Shown: in pieces, positions 11,887-24,400 of the stretch
Layout: each line of letters opens with the position of its first letter
Numbering within the stretch: the first letter of the stretch is position 1
From: Anthoceros angustus
Taxonomy: Eukaryota > Plantae > Anthocerotophyta
Direction of reading: 5' to 3'
DNA: 64,000 bases
Assembly (NCBI GenBank): GCA_010909165.1
Contig: VJWM01000324.1
Coordinates: forward strand, 5,559-69,558
Made by a program: the position numbers and the translations under genes
Notes under the pieces: generated by a model
Told to the model about the DNA's origin: nothing
Seen by the model: the letters and a program-made list of their open reading frames with translations, nothing else
Database searches by the model: none

Positions 11887-14800
11887 CTAAGAAGGTTGCA
11901 GAGACATGGGATCATGGCCATCATCCGAAAAGGATCCATCGTCCCAACTGGCGTACATTCCCACAGTGCCCACCGAGGTAGGTACATCATCCAATGGAGC
12001 ACCAAATGAGGGGTGGACAGAAGCTTGATGTCCTTCTCCCGATGCATTGGGGTATACAGGGCTCAGTTGGTCGTCCTTCACCTTCTGTGGTTGAGGCTGT
12101 TGAATGCTTCCATGCTGACCAACAGCTCCTTTGTTGCTTGAGCCCTGTGTCATATCTCCAACTTGCTGGACCTGAATCTGAGGCTGAGATTGAGCTTGAG
12201 ATTGAGCTTGAGGCTGAGGCTGAGGCTGAGGCTGAGGCTGAGGCTGAGGCTGAGGCTGAGGCTGAGGCTTAGGCTGAAGCTGAAGCTGAAGCTGAGCCTG
12301 AGGCTGAGCCTGAGGCTGAGGCTGAGGCTGAGGCTGAGGCTGAGCCTGAGCCTGAGCCTGACCCTGAGGCTGAGGCTGAGGCTGAGGCTGAGGCTGAGGA
12401 GTACTGCTGTTTACGTGAACAGAGGAGTCCCCAGCAACAGTCTGATGAGGAGAGGGTTGCTGCCCAGTATATTGATGACCTGAATAGTTCACAGGGCCTC
12501 CTTGGGCCACACTCTGCGGCTGCTGTGCAGCATAGTTTTGCACCATCTGTTGCTGCGGCTGCTGAGCAGAATACATATGAGGAATCGGCTGTAACGCCTG
12601 AGTCTGAGGTTGCGGTGCAGAGAAGTTCTGAATATTCTGCTGCTGTGGAGCTGGCTGCTGACCTGAATAGCTTTGCATATTTTGCTGTTGAGGAGACTGC
12701 TGGGGCCCAGGATAGGCCTGCGTGTTCTGCTGCTGCTGTGGCTGCTGCTGCTGCTGTGCAGGAGGCGGCTGCATACCAAAGTTCTGGCCCAATTGCTGTG
12801 TCGCTGGAGGCTGCTGCTGATGTTGCATACTATAGGCATTCGTCATCTGCATAGGCTGGGCACTGAAACCCTGAGTCATATTCTGCTGAGGTGGTGGCTG
12901 TGACTGAGGGTTGTAACCAGCAGGCTGTGGCTGTGGATAGGTCTGAACTTGTGACTGTGGGATATAACCCCCATGCTGTGGCTGTTGCTGTGGAGGTGGC
13001 TGCTGAGCTTGTGACTGTGGATTGTAGCCCAGCTGCTGCTGCTGCTGTGGTGGTGGTGGAGGGCCAGGCTGCTGTGGAGGTGTTGCATAAGCCTGGAGCG
13101 GCTGCTGGGGTTCTTGATATGGTACAAGCTGCTGCTGCTGGAAACCTGCACAGCACAACCCAACATGAGCAATCGCCTCACCATGGTGGGAAACTATTAT
13201 GAAACATGATAGATCACAAGACCTGTGCTTCTGATGTTTCCACATTAACACTCTCAAACAACCTTCTGGTTGATAAACTCACCTGGAGTCTGAGAAAATC
13301 CCACGGCCTGCTGCTGCAACTGTGGCTGTTGAGAAGGCTGCTGCAGGGGTGGAGGTGATCCCTGCTGTGAATCATGTGGCTGAACATTGTTGCTAGCGGA
13401 CTGAGTTGTCCCTTCATCGATCCTGCTCCTCTTAAAAGATGGCTGACCTGCTGCTGCATTTGCCATGGCTGGATTGGCAAAACCAGTTGAGGCATAATGC
13501 GGGAACTGCTGATTCTGCACTTGATTGGGTGATGCACCACCCACAGGTTGAGCAATTACGTTGTTCCCAGCCGCAGCATTCCCCACAACGGGAAGGGGTG
13601 GTCCAGGAACTCCATTAGCTTGCTGTTCAGGATCAAGGGGGGGACCTGACAAGACCATGTCAGGGGTCGGTCCACTCGCCTCCAGGGCCAAGGGTCCAGA
13701 CCCACCTTGCTCCATACCTCCAATAGGACGAGGAAATACTCCAATTCCAACCCTCTGCTGCTCCTCAATGATCTTCTGCAGATATTTACCCTGAGCTTCA
13801 ATGCGCAGTTGAAGATGCTTTTGGACCTGCAAGGAACTCAGAATAAGCAGAGATCCTTCACTTCGAAGGCCAGGGCACCATTTATATGACGTGACAAGAA
13901 TGTACAAAAGAGAACAAAATGAAACCAGAGCAAGCAAAATATGGCGACCAACGGACCTCAAGCTGTTCATGCAGACGCTTTTGCACTTCCATTTGCATTC
14001 GCAAAGCCTCTGTAATCTGAATTCCTCTGAGAAACAACAGCTATGTCAAGATCCATCACCAATAAAAATGGACAACAAAACCATGAAAAGGCGGGAAGAG
14101 AGCCTTACGAAGTTGCATCCAGATTAGGAAACACATCTCCTGAACTCTTCCTTTTGTCAGATTTTCCTGTGAGTAGCAAAGGGATGCAAAATGAGAACAG
14201 GGAATGGCTCACTGCCAACATGATAAATAAAACCAGCAGAAGTCAAGAAATACATACCATCACCCATGGATTCAGGAATGTACTTCGCCAGGCGGTATTT
14301 CTGCACTCAATCAGGTATTCAGCAACAGACGGCTGGTACAAATCCGCCACTTGACAGGTAGGGAGGAGGTCAACTCTAACGCATCTGGCAAGAGAGACGT
14401 TTTAAAAGAACTTGCCTGCAGATGACTCTTCACATGATAGATGGTAAGACCTTGGACAGCCATGACTTTCAAGACACCTTTTGGTGTAGCCCCTGCATGA
14501 AACAGACCAAACAAACAGCCAAAATTCATACAAAAGCCCACAAAAGCTTGCAGAATTGTGCAAACAAATAAGGGCTCCGTGCAATCACTCACTGTCTGCA
14601 CCACCAAGCTGGGTGACTGCATCCACAAAACGCTCATGAAGCTCGGGAGTCCAGCGTAGCCTCTGTTTGGCAGAACCACCGGCATTGCCACCTCCTCCAC
14701 CCCCATTGCCACCTCCACCACCTGCGGCACCGCCAACCCCATTTCCACCCGAATGGACAGGACTCCCACCCGAGTTAGCAGAGGCTCCTGGGACGGGCTG

Positions 14801-15373
14801 CTGTGACGACTGGCCACGCTGTGGCATAGGCGTCGACGTCGGAAGGCTCTTCCTCTGCGCGTACATTTTCTGCACACGCACGGCTAATTAGAACATTAGC
14901 TCGTCCAAAGAACTCGCTTGCCTTACCGTAAGCAGTACTTAGAGGGCAAACAACAGAACCCTGCACTGGCATCCGACTTATCCAACACCTGTACTCACGG
15001 CCCCATGATCTCTCCATAAGCAAGGTACCATACGTACCGTGGTTGTGGTCTCGAACTTGGCCGGGTCAGTGTCGAGGTAATCAGTCCAGCACGTCGCTAT
15101 GCCTCCTACTTCAGGATCATACTCATCCCATGTAGGCCATGGCAGATCGGGGGCGTCTATCCCCAGGTCATCACAACCCTCCGGTAAAGGAATCACCTTC
15201 AGCTCCGAACTCTCACTGCCCACTCCATTGTGAGGCTGAGGCGGGCCCAAGAGCGCAGCCTTGGCTTCGGGCGGGATGGCTTGTAGCGGCAGCGGGCTGG
15301 ACAAACCAGCAGCGGTATTCCCCTTGGGCGGCGTGAGGGTGGGGGTCCAGCTCCTTGTTTTCTGCCCGCTCAT
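11887..15373 (-). CDS. PHL: MYB-CC (GARP) transcription factor, PHR1/PHL family, with a long Q/P-rich C-terminus
   Basis: [43 protein letters not shown] and coiled coil [37 protein letters not shown]. Predicted exons: 15373-15038, 14869-14593, 14492-14416, 14300-14258, 14166-14109, 14026-13957, 13826-13283, 13145-11887. Phases are compatible. Alternative start at 14866. Confidence 0.93.
12180..12400 (-). repeat. Coding hexanucleotide repeat (CAGCCT)n encoding poly-(QP)
   Basis: (AGGCTG)n on the plus strand with a few variant units. Confidence 0.95.
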
Positions 15374-16533
15374 TACCTCTTACGGGCAGCACCACGGGTA
15401 CCCTGCACAATTGCGTTCAACAAATACCCGTCGCCTCCTCAGCATGCAGCCAACCACGGATCCCGCAACCCACAAAATCCGCCCAATGCCTCCCCACAAG
15501 AAAAAAAAGCCCAATCCCCAACCAGCCCGCCGCTCAAGCAAGCGCCGGCAACTCCGCAACCAAAGCACATCCACCAGCATCCCCCGTAAGCACCGCAGCT
15601 GACCATCTCCACCTCAGAAAAACATGCACGTTCGACCACCACCAACACCAACTCGAGAAAGAGCTTACCGTGATCAAAAGCTGCGTCCGTGCCAGAATGC
15701 TACTCCCCAACACCGCAACCGCGTCTCAGGCAGCCTCGTCTTCACCAAGCTCGCACCTTGCAGCCTCCCCGCACAGCCCAGCAGCAGGAGAGCTCCCCAC
15801 CTTCCCGGAAGCCACCGAGCCGCCAATTACCGCACCGGAAGCGCCACCATATCCCGCCCACCAAGGAGAAGGAGCTCCAGCTACAAGCCAACTCCCATGC
15901 TCTCCTCGCTCCTGCCCGGGAATCCCTGCTCGCAAATCTAGGCCGCCCACAACGCAGCTGCCCGGCCGGAGCTCCGCTGCAGCTTCCGCTGGGCCTTCCG
16001 CTCCAGCTCCGGCAGCAGCTGCAGCTGGAGGGCGTCAATCGGGCCAGCCGCCACCCCGACTGGCGCTGCACAGGCGAGAGGGCGGGGAGAATCGGGCAGG
16101 CGCCGGGGCCGCCAGTGGGCGAGGCGGAGAGGCTGGGGAATGCGACAAGGGCGTCCCGACGGCGGGAGCTCAAGCACGAGCTGCTGCAAGTGCAGACGCC
16201 TGGAGCGGCCGGTGTAGGGCAGTGCACAGCACGCAGGCACCCAGAAGCCCGAACGCGAGGGAAGGCCGCGACGGGAAGAGAGGGGAAGGAAGCAGATTGC
16301 TGCTCGCACACAAGAGATGAGACGTCTGGAAAGCCGCCCAGGGACGAAACCAAAGAGAGAGGGGAGACGGGGCCCGGGGCTGGGCAGGGCAGAGCAGGGA
16401 GGGCATCTCTCACCCCCCAGCCCGGTCACCTCCCGGTTTCCCGCCGCCTCTCTCCCTAATCCTTCACTTATTCACTTCCCCCTCCCCCCCTCGCTCCCTA
16501 TAAATTTGTGTGCGTAAATTAGGCAGCATGACC

Positions 16534-16570
16534 GAATATTCCCTCCCCTCTTAAGCTCCTCGGAATATTC
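16534..16570. promoter_or_regulatory. Tandem P1BS elements (GNATATNC) upstream of the PHL gene
   Basis: GAATATTC at 16534-16541 and 16563-16570. A third copy lies at 17647-17654. Confidence 0.65.
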
Positions 16571-18470
16571 CGCTCCTCGGTTGCTGTGCGCAGCTTATCA
16601 TGTTCTACAATGTTTTTGCTAAATCTTCCACTAAACAGTCATTATCTTCAACATAAAAATCTTTGGAAGAATGTGCTCCTGTGAGTTAATAAGCTCTTAT
16701 TAAAAAAGTTATTAGTGATAGACTTAAACACTGAAAGAAACCTTTCTGATATTTTGCAAGTACATATGTACAAGACGAGAAAATTTTACGGGCATGAACA
16801 CTTGGTACACATATGCATTAGTTGTGGAAAGTCTTAGGTAATGGCGACAAATATGGATGGACATGTCTCAAGGGTTGTACAAGGAGGATGAAGACCAACC
16901 CAACTCGTGTGCAGTAGTGAGAATAATCCAGTTGTGTGTGTACGCCACGTAGGTAGCAATAACGCTGCTGAATACATGCAGCAATGACGTCATTTAGTCG
17001 GTTGTACAAGGAGGATCAAGACCAACCCTCAGGTAGGAATAGTGTCAGAACAGTGAACATGGTCGTGTACTGCCCTCAATCAGGGAAATGTGTACTGCAA
17101 CATAAAAGGAGAAAGAAAACCAACATGCTCGGAAGATCTGGAAGACAGCGAAGAACAAGGAGCACAATAAGTTAGCTCAAGGAGAAGGGGATACATACGG
17201 CGAGAGATAAGGTAGACAGAGGGGAATGAGGGAGGACAATAAGTTAGCTCGAGGAGCTACAGACCCATATGGTGAGCAACCGGTTGTGCTAGAAAACTGA
17301 CACGTCATATAAACTACCACTAAATCTCAATCATAACGTACTTTGATATAGACAACACAAGACAGCGTAATAAGTGAGTTGCATTATTTTTGATGGATCG
17401 TTAGCTAGTTTGAGACCCTTCACACATGGCAGGTTAGAGAAGGATGTTTTTGAGTACAAAAATAGAGGTGCTTTTTTGAGCGGGTCGCGTGGGAACATAG
17501 GAAGGGTGACGCGGGGGTCCATTTGGGGCGCACAGTTCGCTTACGCCTCACCGCACAGTCACGTCACTGCGCCCGGCGCAGCGGTTGGTGGAATCTCGGA
17601 AGCGCGTGAGATTCAGTTTTACGGTGAGCCAGCAGGCCGTGCAGTAGAATATTCAAGTGGGGAGGGCGGTGCATCGGAGGCAGCGGCAGCGGCGGCAGCC
17701 AAGCAAGGGCCGGGCCGGGCCGGGCCGGGCCGGGCTTCCACGACCAGGGTCTCGGATCGAGGGCCGAAGCCTGCTACCTGCCGCACTCTACCATCGCCTC
17801 GCTTTCAAAGGTTCACCTTCTTTTTTCGCCTTTACCCGAGGCGGGGGACAGCGATTATGCAACACGCTACAGTGACGGGTTGCGGGGATGCAATTTTCTA
17901 TGAGCGGAAATTAGAGGGGAGATGCGACTGGGCTAGGGCTTGCAAAATGTTTGTGTGACATCCCGATTCTTGTCCCAGATCTGCTTCGTGGCTTTTGTGT
18001 GACCGACCTAGTGGAGCTTGTTGGATAATTTACGCGAGAGTCCTGCTGTTGGTGTCCGACCGGGGGCCTCACCGGCTTCTTATAGATAAATTGCACTGCA
18101 GCTCCAGATCCAGGATCTCACTATTGAAATTCATTCCACTGTGAGTATCTATCCAGGAATTGGCAGGAGTGTCCCGGTTCCAGTCTTCCAGATCGTGCTG
18201 AGAAATCTTGTAAGACAGGATTTACGATGGAGGAGCCTCAGGTTAAGGCAGGTAACTGACGCCACCCGATGTGAGCTTAACTGCGAGAGGACTGCGGTAA
18301 ACAGACGTGCTGGACGCAAGACGCTCGAATGGGACGGTGGGATTGCCGGCAAACAACTATTATCTTGTCATTTTCTGTCATTCTTGTCGCATTGAAGCGC
18401 GCTTTCTGCCGGGATAGCTGTGCGTTGTGTACTGTGTGCTGTGAGACTGTTGAAGCAATTTCGCCGCACG

Positions 18471-21400
18471 TCATTCCTCCTGGAAATTGAACGTCGGCTC
18501 CTCCGACTGTTCTTCTTCGTCCGCTGTTTCCAGTGCAGCGTCTGGGGCACTCTTGCAGAACTTCAGCACAAAGGCTCGGAAAATCTGCACCGCTGCGTTT
18601 AGGTCTTTTCGTCCCTCGATCATCTGTGCCAGAGCGCCGCGCACCTCCTCGAACTCGGCTTTGGTGTCCTTGTCTTTCAGCAGGTTCACATTTACCCGCT
18701 GTTGTGCCTGCACACCCGCAGCAAGGAAATGGTGCGTCATGTGTCCTGCAGGTGGTGTAAGAAGAAGAGGTGGTGGCATGTGAATCCGCGAACCTTGACC
18801 CAAGTCCTTTTCAGGACAATGTATATGACATCCGGAGGAGCACTGATGCCGCGGGTGTGGGCGATGGTGGCAAAGGCTGACGGGCTGATACGATCTCCTC
18901 CATCCATCAGGACCAGCGTCTCACGGTACATTCGAGTCGCAATCTGACTCTTTATGCTGGGATTTGCGGTTGAGATGATGTCTCGGAAGTCGTTGAAGGT
19001 GAGTAACCCTTCCTGTGTAACGTCTCCTGCAATGAAGAGAGTCTCCAGTTCTTGCCTCTGCGCGCACCAGTACAAACCAATCCTAAGCAAACTTGTCACA
19101 AAGTCTAGCAGGCACGAGAGGTGCTCCACTGGCCGAATCCTTACCTTCTCTTTGGACAAAGGCACCCTTGTGGACTTCCGTCTTGCTGCAAGTTTCTTGG
19201 CGTCTTGCGCCTATGTAAGGGAAATTGGAGATGTAAGCTTTTGTGGGGGTGTTGAATTTCCATCCGCTTCCAGAAAGTTTGTAAGCTGTTCAGGATATGC
19301 TCACCGTGTCTGCTTGTTCCTTGGTGTCAAGAACTGCCTCCATGAGCAGATCCCAGTCTAGCTTTCGAACCTCGCTCAGCTTTACCAGTTTCTTAACCTG
19401 CAGCCCACAACCGTTTGAAGCCTGACCCTGACAGGTATGGAACTCATCCGGGGAATGCAAGCTCGGACCGACTGCACTACCTCAGGAGAACACTTTTCCT
19501 TGACAGCATTGGCAGCTGCGAATTTCTCAACGAGCGTGCTGGCAGATTCCTGTCCCCCACAGCGCTCCACTAAACTGGGCTCATCTGTGAAATTGTAGAG
19601 AAGAGCACAATTCACGAAGCACTGGCCCTCTTCTTGCTCCGTGGTGAAAATGGTCCCCACTTTTCCCTGAGCCTTGGCAAGTGTCTGCCCCAGGCACCAT
19701 GGTGGTCAGCTTCTTTATTTTGTTACACAGATTCTTTCAGGTTATAACAAATCCTACAGGCTCCTTGTACCTTCAAGTACACGTACAGATCGCGCTCTCC
19801 ATACTGGGTTTTAGCATCAAACCCAACGAACCTCGAAAACAATCGTATCTGCCAAGTTGAGATCATAACATAAATTGGAGAGCACGGAAGTACCTTGAAA
19901 GGTCCAGATGGCAGGAAATTGCAAACTCACCCGATGAGCCTTCTCAATCTGCCTACTGACTATAAGGCTTCTGATGGTTTTGAACATTCCATGGATCGCT
20001 GCCTCAGAGAGCTTTTTCAGCCCATACTGATGCAGCATGTGATCGTATATGAATTCACAACACGTTTGCCGGTCTAGATTGCTGTCGTCGTCGATTATGT
20101 CAGCCTCGATCTTTGCAGTATATATTGATGATATCAGCCTCGTCAGCTGCAACAGACGTAGCCTCGGGTGGGTTTCAACAAATCTATGTGCTGGAAGTCA
20201 CTCCGAAGATCATCAGAGGCAGGCGAGTCTGCTGAAGAGCATTACTGACCTGCCGGATGTTCATGAAGCGGGTATTCTTTGGTGAGACCTTGATGTTCAT
20301 CAAATGTCCGAAGCCTAACGGAACAGGTGTCTTCGATACCAATCCCCTGTCATGGGAAATGAGCATAAGTCCCCCTTGAGCTCATGAGATTGATTCCAGC
20401 CCAGTCGATGAGACGAGAGAGTTGGGTGAGACAGCAGAAGAAGCACCTACTTCAAATCACTGGCCCTGCCGCCACCTATCTCCTCCGTTGGCTGAACGCT
20501 GCCACTACGTGAAGAGGCTGTCGTGGAGAGATACCCGCCTACACGTTTCTTCCCAACCTTTTTGCTGCCCCTACGGCTGCTACGGCCTGGTGCACCCTCA
20601 CGACCGTCATCTCCTTCCTCCGCAATGCTTTGACCACTTCCCCTTCGGCTTGGACTTATAAACACATCGTCCTCGGCCACATCTGCTGCATGCCTCCCTG
20701 TAATATCTCGGTACCTGAAGCAGTAAGCACTTGTCACAGGGCTGCCAGCATTTTTCTCAGCTTCAAAACCCGGATGAGAATAGCTACCTGCGTAGCAGCC
20801 TTTTAATATCAGTAGCCAATGTGCCCTCCACCACAGGAAGGCTACTCTCGAGCAAGAAAATGGTATCCTCGGCAAGTGCCCCGTATTTTGCGAGTTGGCC
20901 TTCTAGTGCATCAAGTTCAGCTCCAGAGTCTTGAGCATTACGAGCCACTTCCTTATCAGTTCCAAATTCATCAAACTTGTTCAGCCGCATAATTTTCTTG
21001 ATCTTAGGATACCATGTCTCAAGCCTTCCAGGAGCAGACTTGGGTCTCTTCGCATATCCCTGTAGTTCAACCCAGACGATCCAACAATCATTCCACTTGA
21101 ACTTGAAATACGTTACAGAACCTAGATTGTAGCAAATTGCACTACAACACTACTGAGAATGTGTCTTTCCTTCAGCTCATCCTCTTCTGTTTGGGTACAT
21201 GCTTCTGGTAAAGTCAAAAGGTAGGCTATCCTTGCTTCCAATTCTGCAGCAGCTTCCGAGTCTAGTGAACCAGAGTACTCACTGCTTTCGCCAGTTCCAC
21301 CAGAGGAATCTTGTGAGCCAGAATCACGATCAGTATCTTCGTCACTGCTCTCACTATCACTATCCTCCCGCTCAGCATACACTGAGCCTGATAACTCTGA

Positions 21401-24400
21401 TTGTCTGTCTTCGTCCGATGGAAGCACCTCATCACTTCCTACTATGGCGTCCATCAGTACCTTTTTCACCCTCTGCTCAAACCAGAGAGAACAGTCACAA
21501 CAGTGGTCATGTTTCAAGCTGCAAAGCAGAATGAGTTTTATGGCACCGTACCTCCCATCCAGATTTTATAGGATCCTTTTTGTCCTTAGAATCACGGGTG
21601 TTGGATGTTGGGGCGGTGTCTCGCTCCTTGTCCATTTCCTTCTCCTTTTCCATTTCCTTTTCCTTTTCCATTTCCTTTTCCTTGTGAGCTTCGTGGTCTA
21701 ATTTCTTGGAGGATTCCTGCTTCTTGGATGTGGCCTCCTGAGTTTTCCGGTCTGTCGCGCTCTTAAATGCTTTGCGCTCTCGCTCTTTATCAGCAAGTGC
21801 AACCTTGGCCGCCTCGATCGCTCTGTTGTTGACAAATAGCACATCAGCACCACAGACTACGAGGACGATCTTCCAGCCACTTCCTAATGTGACCAGCAAA
21901 ATGGCTCTGGTCCTGCAACGCTATACTTCTTTCATGGTATGAGAAACACTCATGCAACTATCATGGATAGTTTCATACAGGACAAAGCAGCGCCATACGT
22001 CTGCACACTAAAGAATTAGTTCCTGTCTGAGCGATGTTCGTGGACAAACAATACCCACGGAGCATCAATGTTCTGGGACTGTACTTGTAACCCATGTCGA
22101 GAACTGCTTGGCTGCTCTCTTTGGCTTCCTTTGCAACAACGTCTTCTTTGTTGTCACTTATGCTGGTAAACCATTTTCCTCGTGCCTTTCGAAGCAGTTC
22201 CTCCCTAGACCTTGGAGTCATGTTCTCAGACAGACAGAGGCGGCATCGATGTATCTTGGACAGTTCGTGTGCTTGTTTCTTCTGAAGTTGCTCAAGACCT
22301 GCAATTTGGTCTTTCAGCATCTCTGTCTCCTTGTATCTTTCCTCGTGGATTGCTTTCTCTGCAACCACCTTTTCGTTGATAAGTCTGACCTCCTCTTCAG
22401 CTGCGTTTAATCTGGGCTCCACCAATACCATGACCTGGAGAGGAGGTTCGAAAGAAGTACACTGTAAGCACTCATCTTGATCAGCTTCAAGAGCAAGATG
22501 CTACTTCAAATATGAGGGATCTCAAAAAGCTTAGCGTTGTCCAGGGAGGAAGCGTAGTAGCTAACCCGACAGAGCATGGACCTGGTTGAAGATTCGGAGG
22601 AGTTGCCGCCAGAGATGGAGAAGAAGATTGCCTCTATCTTCACAATGAATTCGGACCTGTTATTCCATCCAACACTCGTAAGTTCCTGAGTGTCTCGTCA
22701 CACGTCATTTGCTTTCAGTCACTGCCTTTCCTCTCGTCAACTCCATTTGCCATTTGCAACAGTGAAGTACCTGTCTAACAATCTCCAGAAACGCAATACA
22801 ATGCAACACAAACGCGGATTCCACATCCTCAAATGCACCATCTGGTGTTTCACGACTGTTACGTTGAGTGGCATGTTGAAGCCATGCACCCAAGAGCTCT
22901 ACATCTTCCCTTTTACCTGGCTGTTATCCGCCAAATGCCCAGTACTGAACATTACATGGGACATATCCTTACGAGCATAAGCTTATACACAACCCGAACA
23001 CTGATATCAGGCGATAAATGTATGCACTACCTGAAGTGCTGGGAAGAGCACAAAGTACCACCTCTTGTCCAGGTGCGAGAATGCTGCTTTGTACTCGTTG
23101 TCTGGCTACGGAACAACAAGACTTGACATCAGAAGGGTGTCTAGACTGTCAAGCCATAACGTAATAACCAATGGTGCTCAGCGCACAAAGATGAAAAGGC
23201 ACATACTTTGAACATTCCCTTCCGCACCACATAGTCATCAAAAGGTATAAGTGAAGGAAGAGAAGCTCCCGATGGTACGGATAGACTTGGGAACAAAGAT
23301 GGTGTTCTTTGGGCAATCTCCTTAGGCAAAGGACTATTCCGACCGACATTGGAGTGGGGTGTGGCAGCGGCATTAATTTCGCCACAGCACTGGCAAATAA
23401 ATTTTCCAACGATGCTTCCTACAGGTGACACACTTCTTCGAGGTTGAAGCCCTGGTGTACTAACAGGTCCAGCTGCGGGGGGTGAGGAAGGTGGTAACAG
23501 CACAGTTCCAGTCGTGTGATCAGCACTCGTCTTGTTAGGTCTGTCCTGGTCCACATATCCTTGCCCTGGTTGAGCAGCGATTGGCATGTGGCCTTCAGCT
23601 AGAAGGCTTGTAAGGAGATCCTCCGCTTGCTCGAAGCTCGTCTTCCTCTCATTCCCTGCCTCGTCTCTGCCACCTGTATTCTAGCCCCGTTAATGGGATA
23701 CTCAACTTCCGTGCATAGCTACTATTGCAGTCACAAAATCTGGTGGCCCACTGAGGAAGATGGTCAAGTTTGTCGAAAGTTTGCCTGCATCGAGACGCTT
23801 CTCAGTGTGAGGATGGTCAGTGAAACGATGCAGCAGCCCTTTCACTTTCTGCAGAAGCGCTTGATCCTTTCTAAGAAATTCTGCTGCTGGGGAGAGACGC
23901 TGATCTCGGGCTTCCAAAGCATCCCACTCTGCCTTGACTTCACGTACATGATCTGCTGCCGATGAAGGAACAGCTTCCATCTGGATGATTTAAATATAGT
24001 CTTGTGGTCAGATACATGAGATGGTACAGTAAGAAACGAGAATTCCAGTCCAAGACAGATCACCTGATCCAGCATAGCACGGATCTGTTCATCCTTAAGC
24101 CCAATTGACTGAAGGAGCCATTGCTTTGCGTTCACAGGGATTGTCACCGTCTCCCTTCGACCTTGCTTGGCCGATGCATCAACGCTGCCTCTGTTCCGGA
24201 CGTCAGTGCCCTGATGAATAGGGAAGCGGGTGTCTTTAAGCAAGGATGTCTATATGCCCTGCTGCAAGATGACTACAGTTACAACTCCAGCCATGAGCAA
24301 TGACATGGTCACCTCACCTGCATGATTAGGTCCAGGACGCTGCTCCTGCGACCACTGTCCATGCTGCTTCTAGGTCTCACGGCGGTAGGCACATGCAAGT

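Noticed and set aside
11994-12483. Poly-(EA) and poly-(RL) ORFs
   Set aside because: Antisense frames of the coding (QP)n repeat.
15355-16459. Long overlapping GC-rich ORFs (321, 256 and 223 aa)
   Set aside because: Low-complexity frames over the PHL 5' leader with no recognisable domain.
17374-17958. 194-aa ORF containing a (GGGCC)n repeat
   Set aside because: Non-ATG start and no motif; more likely GC-rich regulatory DNA.
23311-23328. miR399-like match GGGCAATCTCCTTAGGCA
   Set aside because: It has a gap and a mismatch, lies in coding sequence (PKEIAQ) in the wrong orientation to be a target in this mRNA, and shows no hairpin. Probably chance.
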